Notes under the pieces: generated by a model
Seen by the model: the letters and a program-made list of their open reading frames with translations, nothing else
Databases searched by the model: none
Told to the model about the DNA's origin: nothing
Origin: an uncultured Spirochaetota bacterium
GTDB lineage: Bacteria; Spirochaetota; Spirochaetia; SZUA-6; Fen-1364
Assembly (NCBI GenBank): GCA_963820525.1
Contig: CAWGAA010000001.1
Span: 2,784,001-2,848,000 of the forward strand
Direction of reading: 5' to 3'
Length of the DNA: 64,000 bases
Made by a program: the position numbers and the translations under genes
Part shown: piece after piece, positions 58,690-64,000 of the stretch
How positions within the stretch are numbered: the stretch's first letter is position 1
Layout of the letters: each line of letters begins with the position of its first letter

Positions 58690-59332
58690 CCGAGAGCCGG
58701 ATAATCTTGTAGAATTCGACCCTGGAGAGGAGCCGGGCCTAATCGGTCTGGCTGAAATGGAAGCTGAGCTGTCAACCTTGCTCGATGGGCGTCCTGTTGA
58801 TATGCGCACGCCTAAAGATCTTAGCCGCTACTTCCTGGGGCTGCTTTTCCCGCTGGCCGTAGCGATACTTCCCCTCTACCTGCAGGTGCACGCAACGGGT
58901 CTCCTGGACACCTACATGGGGGTGGTCCTTCCCCAGGTGGCGTTCCAGATTCCCCTGCAAGTGCTCCTTTTGCGCGGGTTCTTCAAGGCGGTTCCGATGG
59001 AATTGCAGGACGCCTGCGAGATCGACGGCTACGGCCCCCTGGGTTTTCTCTGGTTCATAGTGGTGCCGCTTTCCACCCCCATTCTCGCCACCTCGGGAAT
59101 TCTTACCCTTGTGGCAAGCTGGAACAATTTCTTCCTGCCGCTCCTGGTGTTCAACAACCCCGCCAGGTTTACCCTTCCACTGGGCGTCATGGCCTTCCAG
59201 GGCCAGCATGCCTCGGACTGGAATCTCATCCTCGGCTACTTGACTCTCGCCATGCTCCCCGCCATCGCGCTTTTCATCCTGGCTCAAAAATATATAGTCG
59301 CGGGACTGACGGGGGGCGCGGTTAAAGGCTGA
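58690..59332 (+). pseudogene. Chimeric remnant: MNT nucleotidyltransferase fragment fused in frame to the 3' half of a sugar ABC permease
   Basis: [15 protein letters not shown]...[13 protein letters not shown], then LGLLFP...[10 protein letters not shown]...WNNF...GLTGGAVKG. Confidence 0.7.
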
Positions 59333-59364
59333 AACATCGGCTGCCGTGCGGCCGATTCACCCCC
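59255..59364 (+). repeat. 110-bp direct repeat, copy 1 (permease 3' end)
   Basis: Matches 60020-60129 with about 8 mismatches. Confidence 0.93.
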
Positions 59365-59365
59365 C

Positions 59366-59478
59366 AGGGCTCCGCGTATTTTGCAGCAATAGACAAAGAA
59401 CGGGAAATCTTCCGTGCAAGCTGATTCGAGATTTCGGTATGCCTGAGATATGCTTCCATGGCGCCAGTTCGGGGGTGT
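59366..59478 (-). pseudogene. HicA 3' remnant related to 44305-44493
   Basis: PRTGAMEAYLRHTEISNQLARKISRSLSI versus PRTGVMEAVPRHTEIANLLARKICRSLSI. Confidence 0.7.
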
Positions 59479-59511
59479 GCTGGTGACGGTAGGCATTTGT
59501 AGAGCATCACA

Positions 59512-59751
59512 CTAGAATAGCGATATGACCTCATCCTTTTCGACATGCTTGTGCGACGCAACAGCACTGAAAATGGCGTTTAGCGTTCCCAAACGAAGGC
59601 TCTTATGATCTGGAATAGCGATTCTCTGATGGGAGGGCTCGTCGGTTTCGAGCACGATATGACTTCCCATTTCGTGAACTAACTGGTAATTGAGCTTTCT
59701 TACAAGAGTAGCCGCGACTTCGCGTCCGCTTAAGCCCCGGGGAATCCTCAT
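59512..59751 (-). CDS. hicA: HicA toxin
   Basis: SGRE...L...Y......GSHI.L...IPDH..L..GTL.AI. Confidence 0.85.
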   Translation of the reverse strand: MRIPRGLSGREVAATLVRKLNYQLVHEMGSHIVLETDEPSHQRIAIPDHKSLRLGTLNAIFSAVASHKHVEKDEVISLF

Positions 59752-59969
59752 GCCACAGTGAAGACTTCATCACGAACCAGATGGAGTCGAACTCGTGCCG
59801 GCGGTGTATTGTCAAAAAAGAAAGCCGACACCGCTTCAGTCACGTTCTTTCGGAGTTCCTCCCAGCTATCTGCTTCGGTGATGATGCTTTCACTTAGACA
59901 TTCTGCGACAAATCCGCCATCCTGCTCTTGAAGTACTTCGAAAACGAGTTCAGTGTTTCGGGTCTCCAT
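59748..59969 (-). CDS. HicB-like antitoxin
   Basis: ELVFEV....DGGFVA......I.TEAD.WEEL..NV.EAV. Confidence 0.8.
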   Translation of the reverse strand: METRNTELVFEVLQEQDGGFVAECLSESIITEADSWEELRKNVTEAVSAFFFDNTPPARVRLHLVRDEVFTVA

Positions 59970-60019
59970 ACGCTAATCTTACTGGACTACTGCCCCGTTT
60001 TCAAGTCGAACGTCCGAAT

Positions 60020-60129
60020 CTCCCCGCCATCGCGCTTTTCATCCTGGCTCAAAAATATATCGTTGCGGGACTGACGGGGGGCGCGGTCAAAGGTTGAAGC
60101 ATCGGCTGCTGTGCGACCGATTCGCCCCC
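60020..60129 (+). repeat. 110-bp direct repeat, copy 2
   Basis: Matches 59255-59364. Confidence 0.93.
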
Positions 60130-60198
60130 TGCGGCGAGGCTTGGGACAAAAAGAAGGCCGCCCCTGCGGGCGGCCGCCAATCATTCGCTCCGGAACCG

Positions 60199-60888
60199 TT
60201 ACATCTTCTTCAGGCGGAGCGCCTGGACGCCCTTCTCCTTGAGGGCTGCGATAAAGGTGTCCGCGTCCTTCTCGGTTCCCTCGTACATGGCGTAATGGAC
60301 GGGGATTGCGATCTTCGCCTTTACATCCAGGGCGGACTGGACCGCGTCGTCCACCGAGTTCATCGTGTAGGTCTGGCCCAGGGGCAGGAGCGCGATGTCG
60401 CAGGAGATGTCCTTCATCTCGGGGATCCGCTCCGTGTCTCCCGAGTCGTAGATCCGCACCCCCTCCGCGGAGAGGATGAAGCCGCAGAAGCCGGCGGACT
60501 TGGGATGGAACTGGGTCTTTTTAATGTTGTACGCGGGCACCGCCTCTATGGTGAGCTCGTCCATCTTTTTCACGTCTCCCGGCTTGATCCGCGCCAGGAC
60601 CGCGCTGTCAAAGGCGGCCAGGACCACGGTGGCGGGACCGGAGAGCTTCTTGATGTCAGGCATGGAGTAGTGGTCGCCGTGGTTGTGGGTTATTAGGATG
60701 ATGTCCGCCTTCTCGGTGGCCTTTACCCCCACGGGATCTATCCAGATCAGCTCTCCTCCCAGCTCGATGCGCAGGGAGTTCTGCCCGTACCAGGTAATCT
60801 TCTGCACAGCCTCCTGGGGCGTGAGCGTGAAGCCCCCCACCGCGGCTCCCAGAAGAAGAGTAGCCAATAAGACCTCGATCTTTTTCAT
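60199..60888 (-). CDS. MBL-fold metallo-hydrolase with signal peptide
   Basis: IDP, THNHGDH, VPAYN, SGDT, IPVHY; ATG after GAGGAGG. Confidence 0.9.
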   Translation of the reverse strand: MKKIEVLLATLLLGAAVGGFTLTPQEAVQKITWYGQNSLRIELGGELIWIDPVGVKATEKADIILITHNHGDHYSMPDIKKLSGPATVVLAAFDSAVLARIKPGDVKKMDELTIEAVPAYNIKKTQFHPKSAGFCGFILSAEGVRIYDSGDTERIPEMKDISCDIALLPLGQTYTMNSVDDAVQSALDVKAKIAIPVHYAMYEGTEKDADTFIAALKEKGVQALRLKKM

Positions 60889-61076
60889 GAAACACCTCCT
60901 CTTGAAATGATCACTGAGAGTAGCCAGGGGACGGCCCGGCAAGAAGAGCAGGGATGCAGGAACAACTGGCTTTAGTGGATGCCGGCCCCAAGCGGTAGTT
61001 CTCCTTCGACTGATAGGAGTTTATTGATAGGAATTTGCTGATTCAAGTCCGATTGAGCCAGCTAAAGAATGCCACG

Positions 61077-62483
61077 CTACCCGGGATGCTTTAGCATCTC
61101 CGCCAGCCTCTTGATGGCGTTTCGAACGCCGAGGTTCCAGCTTCCGGCGTTGATCCGCATGCAGTTTGAGAATCCACCCTTGCGGCTGAAGAGGCATCCC
61201 GGGGCGATAAGGATGTTCTCCTCCAGGGCCCGGAAGTAGAGGTCCATGGTGTCGTATCCCTCGGGAAGGGTCACCCAGAGGAGAAACCCACCCTGGGGGT
61301 TTGAGACCGTGGTTCCCGCCGGAAAGCTTTCTAGAATCTCGCGCCGTGTCGCCTCAACCGTTTCCTTGAGACCCTGTCGGATCTTCCGCAGGTGCCGCTC
61401 GTAGCCGCCTTCTTGGAGAAAAATCGAGATGGCGATCTGGTTAACCGAAGGACATCCGATATCCAGTATGCGCTTGAAGCCGATCACATCGTCGTAGTAG
61501 CGCCCCGGCGCCACCCAACCCAGGCGAAGCCCCGGAGAGATGGTCTTGGAGAAAGAGGAGCAGAGCACCACGCGGCCGTCCGTGTCGTAGGCCTTGCAGG
61601 TGTCGGGCCTGCTTCCATGGGCGAGATCCCCATAGACGTCATCATCCACGAGCGGAACGTCGAAGCGCCGCAGGAGCTCGAGGAGCCTTTTTTTCTTCTG
61701 TGTCGGCATCACGGTTCCCGTGGGGTTGGTGAAGTTGGAGATGACGAAGACCGCCTTGATGGAATTATGCTCCAGCGCAAACTCAAGCACTTCGAGGTTG
61801 ATTCCTTCCCCCTCCACGCTGGGGATCTCGATGGGTGTGATTTGAAGCCGATCCAGGAGGGAGAGGAAATTGAAATACACTGGGCTCTCGATGGCCACTG
61901 CATCCCCCGGCTTGCAGATGGCCATGAGGCTGAGGAACACCGCCTCCTGGCAGCCATTGGTCACGATGAGGTCGTCCGGCGATAGCTGAAGGCCCGAGTG
62001 CAGCCCCAGCAGGGCAATCTGTTCACGCAGGGGAGGGTAGCCCGGGGGCATTATGTAGTCGAACGCCTCCGCGGGGTGACGCTGGATCGCCTCCTTGAAG
62101 AAGTGGGATATCTTCTGCTTTGGCCAGTAGTCACGATTCAACAGGGCCACGCCGAGCTGAACGATTTTCTGGCCGGCCTCCGCCGCCTTCAATGCGCTAT
62201 AGACCTGGCAGATGCTCACCTCCCTCGGGTCAAGATCCGCGGGCTGGACTTCCTTGGCGCGCTCGGCGGGGGCGGGCAGGGGCCGGACGTAGTAGCCGGA
62301 TTGGGGCACCGCCTCGATGTAGTTCTTGTTCTCCAGCTTCCAGTACGCCTCGCGGACCGTGTTCATGCTCACGTTGAGCTGCTCGCTCAAGCTTCGAAGC
62401 GGCGGGATCTTCTGTCCTTTCTTGAGCACACCGCTCTCGATCAGGGACATTATCCTCTGGGCAACCTGCTCGTTGGCCGTCAT
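61077..62483 (-). CDS. MocR/GabR-family regulator (GntR HTH + PLP aminotransferase domain)
   Basis: PPLRSLS..LNVS..TV..AY, VTNGCQEA, NPTG, DDVY, SFSKT..PGLRLG. Confidence 0.92.
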   Translation of the reverse strand: MTANEQVAQRIMSLIESGVLKKGQKIPPLRSLSEQLNVSMNTVREAYWKLENKNYIEAVPQSGYYVRPLPAPAERAKEVQPADLDPREVSICQVYSALKAAEAGQKIVQLGVALLNRDYWPKQKISHFFKEAIQRHPAEAFDYIMPPGYPPLREQIALLGLHSGLQLSPDDLIVTNGCQEAVFLSLMAICKPGDAVAIESPVYFNFLSLLDRLQITPIEIPSVEGEGINLEVLEFALEHNSIKAVFVISNFTNPTGTVMPTQKKKRLLELLRRFDVPLVDDDVYGDLAHGSRPDTCKAYDTDGRVVLCSSFSKTISPGLRLGWVAPGRYYDDVIGFKRILDIGCPSVNQIAISIFLQEGGYERHLRKIRQGLKETVEATRREILESFPAGTTVSNPQGGFLLWVTLPEGYDTMDLYFRALEENILIAPGCLFSRKGGFSNCMRINAGSWNLGVRNAIKRLAEMLKHPG

Positions 62484-62653
62484 GGACGGAATTTCAACCA
62501 TTTTAAGGGTTTTGGGCAAGACACAGATGTGCCGCGCGGAAGGGGCACAGTGCCGCCTCATTCATGTTCTGTGCGGCCGACTTTCCGCTTTCCTAGTCCT
62601 TACCCGCCCGCCCTGCATTATGGAAGCTTAAGGAACATCAGGAGGATTGAGAC

Positions 62654-62935
62654 GTGGGAAAAGGGTTGTTGATGAAAAAGGCCGTGCGATACCTGAGGGT
62701 AAGCTGCCTGAGCGGGGCATGCTGGATAACGTGGCAGGGAAGCGAGGACATAATCCTCCAGGCCGGAGAGAGCCTGGAGGTTCGCGACGTGAAGAGGTTC
62801 TGCCTGGAGTTCCTGAAGGAAGGCGAAGCGTGCCTGCAGGAGGGCGGGGAAAAAACCAGGACCGTTTCGCGCTTCTTTAGCTCGGGGAGGGCCGCGTCGT
62901 TTGCAATTGCGCCCCCTGTTGGGGCACGGTCCTGA
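62654..62935 (+). CDS. DUF2917 family small protein
   Basis: V.CLSG..WIT....EDIIL.AGE; divergent from the MocR gene. Confidence 0.7.
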   Translation: MGKGLLMKKAVRYLRVSCLSGACWITWQGSEDIILQAGESLEVRDVKRFCLEFLKEGEACLQEGGEKTRTVSRFFSSGRAASFAIAPPVGARS

Positions 62936-63097
62936 TGTTGGCCGCGTCCGCCGTCGGAGCGTCGAGCACGATGTCGGGCGCGGCACCCATCGGAGCGCTG
63001 CTTTGACGTTCGGCTGCGCCGAGCGCCTCCACGGAGAAGGATCGAGGCTCTTCGCCTCCGTTGACCGGAGGGAGGCTTTTGGAGAGAATCCATCGCA

Positions 63098-64000
63098 ATG
63101 GACGTGCTTGGCTTGGGCGCCGTGGCCGTGGACGACCTCGTCTACGTGGAGGAGTTTCCCCAGCCGGATTCCAAGGTGATCGTCTCCGGCAGGGAACGGC
63201 AGAGTGGAGGGCTTGCGGGGACCGCCCTTGTCGCGGCAAGCCGCCTGGGGTGCTCGTGCGCTTATGCAGGCACCCTTGGGGACGACGAGCTTTCCCGCTT
63301 CGTCATCGAAGGGCTAAAGGCAGAAGGCGTCTCCGCGGAGTGGATAGTCCACCGTGATGAAGCGCGTCCCTTTCACGGAACCATAATCGTAGACACGAAG
63401 GCAATGACTCGGACCATCCTTGTGGACTCCAGGGGAGCCATCGGTGCCGACAGCTCGCTGCCCGAGGCGTCGCTTATCCGGTCTGCCCGGGTGCTCCTTG
63501 TGGATGCTCACGGCCTCCCCGGAATGCTTCGGGCAGCCCGAATCGCGCGTGAAGCCGGGATTCCCGTTGTGGGCGATTTCGAGAAACCCAAGCCCCCGCC
63601 CTTCGAGGAGCTTCTTTCTCTTGTGGACCACCTCATCATTCCCCGGGAGCTGGCCCGGGAAGCTCAGCGGCAAGAGCGGCGAATCCGAAATAGTTCGAGC
63701 TCTCTTGCATCCATCGCGTTCCGTCGTGGTTGTGACCGCCGGGGAAGAGGGCTCGTGGTATGCGTCCGCGGAAACGGGGCAGAGCGTGTTCCATCAGCCC
63801 GCCTTCGGTATTGATACCGTGGACACAACGGGGTGTGGAGACGTTTTCCACGGCGCCTACGCGGCGGGCCTCGTCTGGGGAACCGCCGTTTCGGTAAGGG
63901 TTCGATTCGCCTCCGCCGTGGCGGCGCTCAAGGCCACCTCTCAGGGCGGGCAGAAAGGAATTCCCACCAGGGAGCAAACGCAGGAGTTTCTCCAGCGCCG
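63098..64000 (+). CDS. PfkB family carbohydrate kinase, frameshifted near 63655 and running off the window end
   Basis: GG...TA..A..RLG; in the shifted frame VVTAGEEG, VDTTGCGDVFHGAY. Confidence 0.85.

Noticed and set aside
60890..61070. Possible riboswitch upstream of the MBL hydrolase; TGATAGGA direct repeat
   Set aside because: No recognisable riboswitch consensus; the 8-bp repeat alone is too weak to call.
1..64000. tRNA, rRNA, prophage or integron
   Set aside because: No such genes, integrase or regular attC-like sites were recognised by eye; a covariance-model scan would be needed to exclude small RNAs.

Overview
GC-rich bacterial window from a diderm organism, judged from the outer-membrane barrels and LolA-like protein; the lineage cannot be fixed from sequence alone. 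The backbone is housekeeping and catabolic: a GH78 rhamnosidase with a sugar ABC transporter and YesMN-like two-component system, ChrA, a GH13_18 phosphorylase, a sigma54-controlled envelope export operon, MocR and PfkB. It is heavily interrupted by accessory DNA. The main finding is a visibly AT-richer, translationally coupled 8-gene operon (15846-25699) that I cannot match to any named defence system. It encodes a GNAT-acetyltransferase/ABC-ATPase fusion, a HerA/FtsK ATPase, an unknown protein, a RelE-like/PLD-nuclease fusion, an AAA+ ATPase, a second unknown protein and two tandem BrxD/DUF2791-like ATPases. There is no recognisable methyltransferase, PglZ or helicase in the operon, so it is a candidate new BREX-related anti-phage system that may mark self by acylation (inference). 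Also present are a nearby UvrD-nuclease/YkvA pair, several toxin-antitoxin cassettes bracketed by 79-110 bp duplications of host genes, decayed copies of one HicAB cassette, an IS256 with a 9-bp target duplication inside an ABC ATPase gene, a multi-hairpin intergenic element, and several pseudogenes or frameshifts, some possibly sequencing errors. All family calls come from motif recognition by eye, not database searches.
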